In this document: piece by piece, positions 50,867 through 64,000 of the stretch
How the letters are laid out: the number at the start of each line of letters is the position of its first letter
Position numbering within the stretch: position 1 is the first letter of the stretch
Source: Octopus vulgaris
Taxonomy: Eukaryota
Assembly: GCA_951406725.2 (NCBI GenBank)
Contig: OX597818.1
Coordinates: 23,126,001 to 23,190,000, forward strand
Direction of reading: 5' to 3'
Length of the DNA: 64,000 nt
Made by a program: the position numbers and the translations under genes
The notes under the pieces: model-generated
Seen by the model: the letters and a program-made list of their open reading frames with translations, nothing else
What the model was told of the DNA's origin: nothing
Databases searched by the model: none

Positions 50867-53200
50867 CTAGCGGAAGTACCCGGCGTTGCCCGGTTTAAAG
50901 ATTACAATAAGATTTCATTCAAAAATTTAAACGAGTTTTTCTTAATAATTATTGTGATTAGTGATTCTAATATGACTAGTATAACAAATTAAGTGAGATC
51001 AACAACAACAATAATATACTTGAAATAGAAGACACATAAAAGCAAATTATCAAAATTATCATAAAACATAAGTTTTTTCCCAGTGGAGTACAAATGAAAA
51101 GATTTTTGGAACTTCCAACACGTGAGCATCCAACATACAATTGTCCATGAGAGAAGCAAGGCTCCTCTAATTGCAAACCAGTTATTGATAATATCTGTCC
51201 TTGCAATTTGTTGATGGACATTGCAAAATTTAGTCTAATTGGAAACTGTACTCTTTTAAATTGTACTGGTAAATCAGTAGGTGTTAATGGAATTCTAGTA
51301 ATGAATGCATTATCGCCTGCTCCACAGTAGTTCCTATAACATGTGGTATAATTTTCTTCACAATAAGTCTTACCCCATTGCACGATTTTGGAGGATCCAA
51401 ATTACTTAGGAGCATTATAGGTGCTCCAAGTTTCAAGTCAAGCTTATGAGGAAGTAAACCTGGTGGTTCCAGTGAGTTTAAAAACTCAACTGGATAATCT
51501 GCTATTTCTAATTGGTCAACAACAGTATCAATAAATCTGTATGAGTGACAATTTCTAGTAGGGCACATTAAGAGATCAAAGTTTATTCTGTTCACTGTTA
51601 TATTTTTCGGGGCAAGAATTGCCCTTTCACTCAACCATTTGTGATCCTTATGTTGTGTACTGAGATTTGAGAAGACTTTGTTAATAAGTTCTTTCTCTGA
51701 TTTCACCACTGTACAAATAGGTGGTGGATCATTGTCTACAGGTACTCTTCCTTCTCCCAGTATTAATCAGACTTGAGCAAACTGCTCAGATAATCTGTCA
51801 CCATGGAGATATGCTCGCATGTTTGTTTCAAGCTTCAATACTTTTAGGCGGTGCTACATGTGCGATGATTTAAAACATGCGCGAATTTCATCAGCTCTCG
51901 TTCCCTTTGGAATAACTGGAAGGATTTATCTAAAATCACCAGATAGAACCACTGTAACACCTTCCATTTGGGAATCATTATTTTGAATATCTTGCAATGA
52001 CCTGTCAACAGTATCAACGGTTCTCTTATGTACCATTGTACATTCATCCCATATTATCAATTGGCATCTTCTGAGAACTTCAGCTATTCTTGAATTCTTG
52101 CTGATATTGCATACAGGACTTTCATTAGACCGTCTATCCAATGGAAGTTTGAAAATTGAATAGGCTGTACGGCCTCCAGGTAGAAGGGTTGCAGCAATGC
52201 CCGAGGGCGCAACTGTAATGACAATTTTTCTTTGCTGTCTAACATTTGCCAAAAGTAGGTTTATAACAAATGTCTTTCTAGTTCCTCCTGGTGCATCTAG
52301 AAAGAACAGTCCATCCTTCTCGTGCCCAATGTTGTCAACAACTGCTTCATATGCTTCTCTTTGATGTGGAAGTAACTTTTCGTCATATTCTTTCACAGAT
52401 TTTGCCAAATTAACAATGTCATAATTTGTTTCTCTGAGGATTTCAGATGTTAGTCTGTTTCCATTGATTTTCGTACAGCTGATTTCTTTTGACGAATACT
52501 TGCTTTCATTGTCCTATTATCAGCAAGTCTTTTTAAGTTTTGTTCTTCTGATTCATTTTGCCTATATTCCGCTGTTCTTTTCTTTTGTTTTTGGAGTCTT
52601 TCTTGTTGCTGCTTTGTTTGTTTGTTGAGCGAAGCGGTCTTCGTCCCAGAATGGGAGAAGTCCGAAACGTGGTCCTTTGTGCTATTCGTAAGACCCGTAG
52701 AAGAGAAAGCAGGTCAACCCCCGACACCGAGAGCATCGAAGGATGGGTGAATGCGCATCCAGGCTCAGCGGTTGCGTAGGAAGTCGGGGACAAGAAACAG
52801 GAAGAAAGAGTGAGAGAAAGTTGGAGCGAAAGAGTACAACAGGGATCGCCCCCCCCCCCCCTGCCGGAGCCTCGTGGAGCTTTTAGGTGTTTTCGCTTAA
52901 TAAACATACAGAACGCCCGGTCTGGGAATCGAAACCGCGATCCTCCGACCGCGAGTCCGCTGCCCTAACCATTGGACCATTGCACCTCCACTCTTGTTGC
53001 TGCTCTGCATTTTCGTTCTTCCTTTCTAGCTGCATCGCCTTAGCTTAACGAGACTTTCTTCCAAATAAAGGTCTATTCTTCGGTGGAATTTTTTGCTTGT
53101 GGTTTTCAATGTCACTATTTACAAATTTAAAATTCTTCTGTACAAAACTTCACTTCAGAAAATGAAAATACGATTGCTTTGGGACGTAACATATGTAACA
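50867..53200 (-). mobile_element. Decayed Helitron with a PIF1-family helicase pseudogene; Rep domain apparently deleted; 5' boundary uncertain
   Basis: LFFLDAPGGTRKTF, APSGIAATLLPGGRTA, IIWDECTM, LSGDFR, YPVEFLNSLEPPGL, QFPIRLNFAMSINK.QGQ, FSHGQLYVGCSRV across broken frames; 3' hairpin CCGGGCAACGCCGG, then CTAG|T at 50867. Confidence 0.93.
52614..52991 (-). mobile_element. SINE family C, tail type 3, inserted into the Helitron
   Basis: Family C head; 13-bp TSD TCTTGTTGCTGCT (52601-52613 / 52992-53004); (AAAC)n tail. Confidence 0.92.
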
Positions 53201-54382
53201 CCTCTGTACCGAACTTTACAAAACGAAAATAATATTAATTTGAATCGTATTGAGAACAAATTATCTTTTTTTTCTTCTTGAGCTCCCTGGGATACTCGGA
53301 GGAGTACATTTGCTATGGAGACATCCGGCTACAGTCTCAGTGGTAAAAAGAAAGGTTGGATATCTTAAAGGTTAACGAGTGTTTATTCCCGAAACAATAT
53401 TTCGGTTGACAGTACGGCACGTTCTATTTTGGATGTCCATAGGGTTGTCAGCTTGTGGACGAGATCACATCGTGGTACTGCACAGGTTGTAGTAGGAACG
53501 CTGTTCACTTAAGTGAACGAGCGACTACGAAATGATGGGAGGTAGAGTAATGACTGGATATTTTGATTATTGATAGCAATACATTGAAAAGGAAGTTTAT
53601 TAGACTAATAAACTAACCACAAAGAGAGGGGGAGAGGGGGAGGAGGAGATGACAATATACTAACAATAGTGAGGGGAAGAGGAGGAGGGAGAGATGAGAG
53701 GGGGAGGGACAGAGGAAAGGAGGAGGGACAGAGGAGGGGGGAGAAGAGACGAATCTAGTAGTGGATTGGTACTTTATCAACTCCTAAAAGGATTAAATGC
53801 AAAGTGGACCTTGACAGGAATTGAACTGAAATCGCAGACAACAAGAGAATTCGATGGCATTGTAGTTCCGAGAAGACATTGTGGGAAATAATTAGAGTAA
53901 AGTTTATGGGTGATAGAGAAAGAGAGATAGGGGGGGGGGAATACAAAGAGAGAGGGTGAGGGAGGAACAGAGAACTGTGAGAACGCACATTTATAAACCA
54001 TTGCCTGGTGAGTCTTCGACAATCAAGTAGGTGGCTTGGGTGGTTCGCAGTCTAAAATGTTCGTGTTGCTAGCGCTGTTCCAGATATGTGAATAATACTC
54101 CAATTACTCATCATTTGTACCTTATAGTGGATCAGTAACTGATTAGCGCTCAAATATCCTCTGATCCTGAAAAAGGAAGCCTGGTTGCTGTTATTAAGTT
54201 TGGTAATGTTATGTATACGAAATACGAGTCATGCGCGACCATCTGATATTGTCAGAGGCTTAGCATTTTGTCTTGTGTACATATTTGTCCATGCAAACTG
54301 TGCGCTGTGAAATGTTGTTACTTGATATATGTAGCAATTGCGTGTCATTGTTTTATTGAAGGAGGCTAATAATTCTTTAGAG

Positions 54383-54636
54383 CAGTGGTTTTCAACCGGG
54401 GTTCATATGATCTTTGGGGGTCCAAATAAGATTTCGTTGTTAAAATTTATGTGTAATGTCTTGCTTATACTTCTACAGTACTTAAAATATTTCAACGATT
54501 TTTAAAATACAATTCCTACTCATATTTAATTATAAAAATATTTATCTAAACATTGAATGGCTGTGTGGATCAAGTAAAGTAAAATAGGAATCAAAGATGT
54601 CCATAGGCAAAAAAAAAAAATGGTTGATAATCACTG
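54383..54636. mobile_element. hAT (Charlie-like) MITE
   Basis: CAGTGGTTTTCAACC / GGTTGATAATCACTG TIRs; perfect 8-bp TSD CTTTAGAG. Confidence 0.9.
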
Positions 54637-56713
54637 CTTTAGAGGATGTTACTGAGATCTCTCTTCATGAAAGCCTGACACAAAAAATTTAAGTTATGTG
54701 TGTAGAAGATTAAGGAAGAGTGAAATGTATCAGAGCGTATATTGATAGATATTGCGTTCTGCTCTAAAGTGTGTCTGCAGGTAGCCGTGACTTGAGCGGT
54801 TTCTAGGTAGATATATAGGTTAAATGTTATTAAATCTGCTAATAAGTAGTTGTGGACTAGTGAATTACTGAATCTATAAAAGCTTGTAGCGAACTCTAGT
54901 GAATTTCCTCTCTATATTATATAAACATACATACGAACGTAGCAGGCAACAGCTAATCTTTGGACGCTGTTTTGGACCCCGTTGTGTCTACCACTCTAAT
55001 TGATTGATATTGGCGCAATTTGTCTTTTACTCTGTCGCACGCCAATATGCAACCTAACCAGTCACAGCCTCCAAATAAATCACGTGAGACAGTCTGTTCT
55101 AAACTACATTTGAGCCTACCGTTACGTATAAAATCTCACCTCCGCCTAGTCTCGAAGTCTGTTGGTTTCAGACCTTCAAAGGTCTAACCACTGACCACAT
55201 TACAGCGACCTCCATCTTCGTCACCACCATCATGTCTCTCACCAACGTCGTCAACAATATCTCTACACAGCACCAACACACTGCACAGGTTCTAATATAT
55301 CGCTGTTCGTGAGTTCCTCACCAGGGTTAACAGCAAACATACAACCCACGCAGATGCATGTAGATATATGATTAAATGTCCATCAAACACATCCATTTAT
55401 CATTCAACTTCTGTATATATACGTGTGGCCGGCATAAAAAACATTTAAAGTTACTACCTTGTTCCATGTATTTCTTTATACCGTGTTCCTGTTAAGTGAT
55501 ATTACAGCCTTCTGAGTAGAGTCACGCTAGATGGAATACAAACTTTCCATTCTGTAAGCTGTATATATTTTATAATGGTGATAAAATGGATAGAGGTCGC
55601 CTTCAAATAAACCTCGCTTCTACAGGTTAGATAAAAGCAGCCTTCTCTCCCTCCAGCTACATTTTTGATGTTCCGCTAGGGTTAGTAGTCTGGAGGTCGA
55701 GACAGTGTCTAAATCTGATCCCGACTACAACAGAAGCGCTTAAAACAGAAGTGGAGGCTATGAATATATCACCAATATGTTGTTGATTTGCTATAATAGA
55801 CAAAAGATGGAAGATTGCTAGCAGTCGAGTCGAAATTAGGCTGCGTGTAATGAATGCACAACACTCGTGATAACATAACATGATTCATTTAACCGCACAA
55901 GTAATTTTCATGCTGGTTATGAATTATAAATTGAAACAATATAGACGTTACAATGGACAGAATAATTCTGTAGTTTTTACAAATGGTTTATTAAAAACGC
56001 TCTGTAATTAAGCTTGCCGTAACAGGAGAAAAAAATACACACTGGATTGATATCGGTCAACTAGGACAGCATATCAAAATTGAGGAAGAGAGTACGTGGA
56101 GTTGAGCTGCGGGTTGCCACACACTAAAGATAGGCGCTCAAAAAGGTGCCAATTTATAGGCCTTGTTAGGGGAATATTCTGGAAGCTTCTATTATGATAT
56201 ATCACGTGATGGGTTCATAACTCGGCCGCTCACACGAACAAGCTGTTGCTAAGCTGTGATTTTAATTTGGTAATTTGACATCTCGGTTTCGACTCTTGCT
56301 ACAAATATAAGAACGAAAGTATTTTCTGCTACCAAGACGAGTTTAAATGATAAGCAAAAGGAGTAGACATTGTAGCAAACATTAGAAAAGAAATAATGTA
56401 CACACACCTGGAGGGACCATTTCAGTAGAAGCTAGAAAGTCCCTATGGTAGACACAGTCAAAATGTTGTTAATATCAAATATAAACAGCTTTGCTTCGTC
56501 ATCTGCTAGATCTGAATGTATAGAAGCCGGACTGATTTTTGAAAGAAAGCAACTCATACATCTTTTCCCACCAGCTTTGGATTTGGAAATGAAGGCAATA
56601 GATACGTAGTCGGCAGTGTCAGGAAGGTTTCTGTTTTTAGGAATAGAGACACATTGTAGCCTATTTCCATAAATTTGAATAGTCCGTAGTCAATATTGAA
56701 TAATATTGATTTC

Positions 56714-56921
56714 AAATTTTGGCACAAGGTCAGCAATTTTGGGTAAGGAATAAGTTGATTACGTCGACCTCAGTAATCAGCTGGCACTTATTTTATTGAT
56801 CCCCGAAAGGATGAAAGGCAAAGTCGGCCTCGGTGGAATTTGAACTCGAAATGTAAAGGCGGACGATATGCCGTTAAGCATTTCGCCCGGTGTGCTAACG
56901 ATTCTGCCATCTCATCACCTT
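56714..56921 (-). mobile_element. SINE family B
   Basis: Homology to the 46159 copy. Confidence 0.85.
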
Positions 56922-59157
56922 AGAGACAATTGGTAATACTAAGAGCTACTTCAGGATAGCCGAAGGTAAACTTCTTGTTTTGGTGTGATTATAGAAGCTC
57001 TTACACTTAGCTATTGCATGCTTACGGTGGTGAAATAGGTGTCATAGAGAAGGGCATTTCTGGAAGCTTTTTGCTGCGAATTTGAAGCTTTTCTTAGCGT
57101 TTAAGAAATTGAACAGTAACTAAGGTGGCTTTTATGCACATGAGTACTGTTAAGAGCCATTTTGTGGGAGAAACTTTTTTGATGATAAGGGACAAGCTAC
57201 AAAATCAGAAGTGAGAGTGCTTGTAGACCGCGCGTAACTTGCGGTGCTTTTTGCTTCTCCGATTGTCGTACTTGTCGGTTGTAGGAAAACGCATTCTAGT
57301 TGGTGATAATGATCGACTTCCATCAAACGTCGATAGTAGAGTTGCTTAACCTATTCAACTACAAGGACTCTACAAGCTAACTTGGATTTGAAAGTGACGA
57401 ATTTGGGCGTGGTATATGAAGGTGTCACGAGTAGTCAGCGTAGAACTAATAGAGCAATGGTTAAAAGTACCTGAGGAATTTTATAGAAAAAGATTGTATA
57501 GCAATATATGTCAGACAGGTTGTATTGAACAGATAACGATCAACGAATTCGATAGAGAACATGATGACGGTAATGGCTGGGTTAAAGGCTTGGCTTATAT
57601 CTGGGGGAAATAATTTCGGGAACCGGTGCGTCTGTAACGTGTACAGTTGAAGATGGAAAACTTTATTTACACACAAGCAATGTGGGAGAAATACAGAAAT
57701 AAGAAGAAGGCTGTGTGCATGCAAGTTACCGGAGATGATAACGACGAGACGAAGGGATTAGAACGTTGTTGCTCGATCTGCTACAAATAGCAGCCAAATC
57801 CCCTTCAAATTAGACCATATTCTCGCAAAAGCATCAACGAAAAGAAGATACTTCACTGTTTGCAAATTAGGCGGAATGGTTACGGTTGGAATGTCTTTGA
57901 TCATAAATCTATCTGATCAGCACTAATTTAGGGTTGCAACAGCTTCAAAGAACTATCAGTCAAGATAGAGATTCTAAGTGAACTTAGAGAAACGATGCTT
58001 TATTAAAGCAAGTGATAAGGAGAGTAGATTTTTAGAAAATTACAGATATACCACCTTTCAGAAAGAAATTGAAATATAGTGTGACCCGTCCATTCTCAGA
58101 CCGGGCTGTGTCTTGTGTCCTTAAGCAAGACACTTTATTTCACGTTGCTCCAGTTCACTCAACTGTAAAACTGAGTTGCGACATCACTGGCGCTAAGCTG
58201 TATCGACCTTTGCCTTTCCCTTAGATAACATCAGCGGCATGGCGAGGGGAGGCCGGTATGCATGGGCGGCTATTGGTCTTCCATAAACAACCTTACCTGG
58301 ACTTGAGCCTTGGAGAGGGACTTTCTAAGTACAATCCCATGGTCATTCGTAACCGAAGGAGGTCTTTACCGTTCGACCTTTAGACAATGAAAGATATTTT
58401 TACATGACTTAGAGGAGGAAGAACAGCATACATTACGCTTTTTTTAGCACCTCAGATAACATTTTTTTATCCTCAGATAACATTGCTGGTCCTAATACTT
58501 GAAACAGAGTGTACTCTACTGAAAATACCCAGGTACCAAATAGTAATTTTAAACCGAGCATTTAAGTGTAGGAATGGTTGCTCTGAAGGAATTCTACACA
58601 GTTTTCATTAACCCAATTTCACTCACAAGGCTGTGGTTGAAAACACTTAAGTTTCCACACACTGGGATCGACCCTAAAACAACGTAGTTGCGAAGCAAAC
58701 TTCTTGACTACACAACATTGTCTAAACTCTGAACGGGAAAGAAACACAGCTCGTGTGAGTGAGTTGTGACTGTTAGCTTTAACTGAATAGATTTATAATC
58801 AAAAACGTTCCAGCTATGACCAACCCATCTTTTTGCTTGTCGGGAATTACATTGTTTGTACCCTCTTTATTTGGACTGAGGGAGATTTTGCTAATATTTT
58901 TGCAGATCCAGAAGCCCGTGAATAGACTCTCTTGCTGATATTGGATATAATCAAGGCAGGACTCAAGGAAACGTACAGAATAAAGGGTTTTACAGTGTAA
59001 AGTTGCCAACTGAATTGGTTTGAAAGGAAAGCATTTTTGTCTCCTTAAGACTTGTATGAAGATTGTGGATACTTAAGCTTTAATAACCCCTACCACCAGT
59101 GAGTCATCATTTTTAGCCACAGAACATGTAATAAAGGACTTGTGCTTTTAAAATACC

Positions 59158-59850
59158 TGTAGAGATCTAGCTTCACCCTGCCTGAGATTTGAAACCAAAT
59201 CCACCCGTTTATTGCTTGTCAAAACAAGCAGGAAATCCTCTCCACAACAGATGATTGATGAGGAAACACTCGACCCCCTAGGAACTGTGCTTATCAAGGA
59301 ATGGTCAGCTTTTTGTTTAGGGTTTTACCTACATTACTGACCATACCCTTTACAACAGAGAACACTTCCTATCTCTTCCTCTTTTTTGTGTCAACAGACC
59401 ATGGAGCAACATGCTCTTCTGCATCAGCCATGACCAAGAGCAACACTTTCCTTCTCCCTTAGCTCGACGTACGAACAGAAGCTTTCGGCCGCAAGAAAGA
59501 CGATGTCACCTTTATCCTTTCTAGTCAGCACTGTGCATTCTTTACTCTTTCACTCTCTACTGACAGACTACCAGACAACTCTACTGACAGACTACTTCTA
59601 CGCACTACCAACTGCTAACCAGCGAGCCAACCTTTTTCTACACTATCACTACAATTACTACTGTCTTTTTACCTGTTGGGCAAACGAATAAACATAAGTA
59701 AATAATATTTCTTCCTTCTTGGTGTTGATTCTTCGCTGTTCACTGGTTACTGCGAAGCGAGAACCTTGAAGCGTTACATCTACACGCTACATTTAGTAGT
59801 GGGCTACATCATGTCGACGTGAATTGGCATCTCACATTAAGCCCGCTACA
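59158..59850 (+). mobile_element. Solo LTR, family 3
   Basis: TGTAG...CTACA termini; 4-bp TSD TACC; AATAAA near 59687. Confidence 0.75.
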
Positions 59851-59931
59851 TACCTGTGTAATTATTGCTATAATTGGGACACTGAAAAGACAACGAAATT
59901 GATAAAACTGCAGATACAGAAGAACTATATA

Positions 59932-60404
59932 CCGTAAATCCCCGAGTATAGTCCGCCCTTGAGTATAATACGCAGGGGATTTTTATGGGGCTGTACCTCT
60001 GAAAAACCTAAACTTTGTGTATAATACGCACCCTTTCTCTAACTTGAGTCGTGCGTAATTAAGCCAGCAGCACTTAGTCGAACAAACACTTCCGCACATG
60101 CGTAATACAATAATGGTGATGTTCTTAACTGTTATATGGGAAAGTAAATATGTTTGCAAGTTGTTTTTGTTACTGCAAGTTATGGATGATTCTTTCATGA
60201 CTTCATTGCTTTCAGGCTTAGCTTAAGGTATTTTCGCGCCCGACATCACGAAATGCGTCTGAATAAACATTGCCGGACAGTAAATAGTGACTGGGACATT
60301 ACTTAGAAAATATTTTTCATTTCTGACCTCGTATATAGTATGCACTAGAGATTTTGACCTTTAAATTTGGGGGGAAAATGCGGATTATACCCAAGGATTT
60401 ACAG
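59932..60404. mobile_element. pogo/Tigger-like MITE
   Basis: TIR CCGTAAATCCCCGAGTATAGTCCGC / GCGGATTATACCCAAGGATTTACAG; TA flanks. Confidence 0.8.
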
Positions 60405-60607
60405 TATACATAATTTTTGGTGCTCTAGCATGGCCACAGCCTTAGGGCTGAAAATTATAAAAGAATGAAAATAATTTAACTCTTTCACCTTCCGAGAGAG
60501 TGGAGATACTCTTTCATTTGATATTTGTTTTGATATACTTACCACAATGCATCATATTCCGTTTCCCTGAATAGCTGACTGTAGTTCCACTCACTGTTTG
60601 TTTAAAC

Positions 60608-61087
60608 CAGGGGTTCTCAACCTTTCATTACTATTTTGTTCTAATGAACCCCCATAGCCATTCGATGTTTAAAAACTAGTTTTATAGATGCTTCTTTCAG
60701 AATTCCTATTTTGTTTATCACACATTCCCTTGAGTAGGCTGAACTATGTAAAACGTGGTTCTCAACCATTTTTTATTATCTATGAACCCCTTTGATTATT
60801 GTTTCGTTCAAGGAAACCCCATAGCCATTCGCTGTTTAAAGACCACTTTTATAGACACTTTCAAAATTCCTATTTTAGTTATCACACATCAACTTGAGTA
60901 AGCTTAGCTATATAAAACTTCAGAGAAACTCAGCTGTTTCTAGCAATAAATATATCTAAAGCAAAAATTTTTCATGGACACATAAAATACTGTCGTGGAT
61001 TCCAAATTTACTATTTTGCTTGTGTGGAAGCCCAGAAATCTTATACGGACTCCAAGGGGCCATATGGACCCCAGTTGAGAACCACTA
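60608..61087. mobile_element. hAT MITE with an internal ~150-bp tandem duplication
   Basis: CAGGGGTTCTCAAC / GTTGAGAACCACTA TIRs; perfect 8-bp TSD GTTTAAAC. Confidence 0.88.
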
Positions 61088-64000
61088 GTTTAAACCTTCT
61101 CCGAACACGCTGCGATTCCCTGTCACACTGGGATGAGGACGTCTTGCCTGGAGAAAGAACCTCTCGCCACGCCGCCAACATCTTGTGTGTTAGAGTAGTT
61201 GCTGTAGCGGCTATCACTGGCTGGTTCTTTACAGCAACACTTTTACAATACTATCTACGGAGCATAGGTGAACAAATTATTCAACAGATAATGCGGCATT
61301 TGTTTATTTCAATAAACATATGGTATATTTGTTAGAAAAATTAATGAAAGAAAAATAATGAGCATCTAAATCTTTGCAAGACTTCGTTTCAACGGGAAAT
61401 CAATATCATTTTTCTATACTTAAAAATAAAGTGATTATCATCAACATTATTGGTGTCGCAGACAGGTAGGTTTTCATGTCGAAACGACTTTCTTGAGTAG
61501 CAGACGACTATTGTATAAGTCATGTGGTAAGGAACGAGATTACACGAGAGTGAGAAATAACATTAATATTCTTACTTTTTGTCATCGATGTGGCTAGGTA
61601 AGTAATCAATTAAACATTTGTATATATAACACTTGCTCGTGTGCCTGTAGTAGTCTGCTTATTTTCTCTTTTTCTGCCAGCATCGAAGCATTATTTTGAA
61701 CTACAGCCTGATATATTTCACATAATGCTCCTTTGTTTATTTCGATTCTATGACAATTATTTCTACGTCCTTGTTTTCTCTTAGCCCCGCCTCTTTCCAT
61801 TATTTTGTTTGGATCGTGCTGAGTTTTATGTTTACACATGTACGCGTTAGTATATTGAACATAGACATGTTTAAAAAATTTTTTTTTTAATATTCATGTT
61901 TTCTTATGCATACAATTCAATATGATATGTTAACAGAATAGTTTCATATTTACTTGAACACCCTTTTGCATGTTTATAATTAAAAAAAAAAAAAAACCGC
62001 TTGTAGGGGTTAGCGTACTGTTGTTATGTTCGTGGTTACAAAATTTAATCTAGTTAAGTTTAGCATCTTTTACTCTGTTAGATGTAATAAACTTGCTGAC
62101 GTCCGCAGTGTGAAAAAAAAAAATGCACCACCTGTCACTCTGGAAACCTGTGCCGTACCACTGTGCGAAAACCAACACCTATTAGTGGACATAATTCTAA
62201 GCTTAAAAGAAATTCATATCTTAGCGTTCTGAACCGTTGCATTAATCTGATATCATCAGATTATCGTATTCTTTATAAATACTAGTTTCTTCTGCTTTAA
62301 ATACTGAAATAAATGATAGGGAAAAATTCCTAATTGAATTAATAAGGATATCCGAACCCGGCAATAATGCAGCCATTTTAGCTACTTGAGCTGCGATATT
62401 GCCTCTCAAAGAAAAGAAATGACAACACTTCCTTTGAAGAGAAATTGCTGAGGGGTTTCATTTATTATGATTATGAGTGTTTATGAATTAAAAGATTGAG
62501 TGTGCAATTCCTCTTTATGCCATGTGACTGTTGAAAGTAATGAATAAAGAAGGTTAAAATTGCTGATTAAGATGTGGAAATACTGTGGGTAAGTAAAACC
62601 TGATTTTCCCGGGACGGAAAAGAGAAAGTACTAAAGTATGCAATTTTATTTTATGATTTTGGCGAGGTGGGGTGGGGGTAATTTTAAATGTAATATTTTC
62701 ATTGAAGGGTCTCTCTCTCAATTATCATCTTGTTGAATGATAAAATAGCGTGTTTATATTCAATATTTTCAACATCAAATATGTTATAAGCAATAGGGTC
62801 GAATGAGGTGATTACAAAAATGTAGGGACTAGCTATAGCGTTATTCTTTAGTCGAGCAAGCAAGAATTGTGAAATATTTTTGCATTCGATCCTTGTTCTG
62901 GAGATCTCTTATTACAAAATCCCTTCACTCAGCGTGTGTTTGTGTGTGTATACACGTGTGTGATAGTTCGTAAACAAATCTAACGAAACAATTCACCAGT
63001 TTATTTGTGTATTGATGGAAGTAAGAATGATGCATATTCTTTTGCAAACTATTTTGTATTAAGGTTTAGATTCTGCTATTGAATAAATAGTCTGTACCTC
63101 TATAAGAGTCGAAATCACTCAACAAATAATGTTTTAACTGTCATTTTTCACCATCTTGAAATGAAGTAATCGCTGTTTAGTGAAAACGTCTTCTAGTTGT
63201 AAACAAAAATAATATTTTTACATAGACAGTAAAGCCAACAAAGTGTTGTCGTTGTTACACCCCAGTGCTGCCCCTATCTGGCAAACCCATGAGGACTACA
63301 TTATCCAATGTGTTCTTCCTTTTTAAGAAGCTAGTATTTTGTTTGAGGTCTTTTGGCTGCTGTTTCTAGCAGGGTGAGCTTTTGCATAGAGGCACCCTGG
63401 TTGACTCAAGGCTCTCTCAGTAGGTGGAAAATGTGGGAGAATGTGACATTTATGTCTTTTCGTAAACTCATCACTGTTTATGAAGTTTGTATCTTCAACC
63501 CGGGGTGGGATGTATTTACATTCAGTTTACTGGGAATGGATGGGAAGAACCATTGATTCTAGTCCATCTTGTCGAGGTGAGGCCCTACTTTTTTTTCCTA
63601 CTTTTTACTAGAATGGATATTTTAGTATACAGAACTTCATTAATCATTAAACGAAGAATACTTTTTTCCTGTGTATTTTCTTTTACTTTCGGGGGTCTTT
63701 TTATATATGTATCTTTACTGTACGTTATCCTGTGGTACAAAAAGTACCCGAAAAGATACACACAAAGTAGACAAAAATACAAAGGATTAAATTAAATCTT
63801 ATTATTTTATGAGGTAGACATTTATTATTCGTCACTAGTGTCTACAATGATTCGTCTACCATCAGTTGAGACGATTCACACTTCTCATTTGAAATATTTT
63901 CATATTTACACCTTAAACGAGCTATAAAAAGCAACACAGAAATTAGTTTTAAAAATTCATTTTCTGTACCATATAGGAAAGAAATGAAGGAAGATTAGGA

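Noticed and set aside
50976-52408. Host PIF1 helicase gene
   Set aside because: Intronless, frameshifted, ends at a Helitron hairpin-CTAG terminus and has a SINE inserted just upstream in the same element; a transposon relic

Overview
AT-rich, microsatellite-dense eukaryotic DNA with no recognisable host protein-coding exon. The SINE families and the TA/CA/TATG repeat load look like an Octopus (coleoid cephalopod) intronic or intergenic region; this assignment is an inference. Almost everything is transposon-derived: several tRNA-derived SINE families, a deleted mariner, hAT/Merlin/pogo/Mutator-type MITEs with intact TSDs, a Helitron PIF1-helicase relic and several Helitron 3' ends, five copies of one Gypsy-type LTR, RTE/CR1/Dong LINE fragments, and several Penelope-like element (PLE) fragments including a GIY-YIG ORF. 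The main result is eight hammerhead-ribozyme-like motifs, found by eye at PLE-type termini, in three architectures. Four diverged copies (16801, 20615, 24503, 31161) carry the hammerhead core strands in a non-circularly permuted order (cleavage strand, then GAAA strand, then CUGANGA strand) with compensatory changes in the helices. The window also records local rearrangements: two inverted duplications ending in (TA)n tracts and a microhomology-bounded templated duplication. All folds and alignments were done by eye and need computational and biochemical confirmation.
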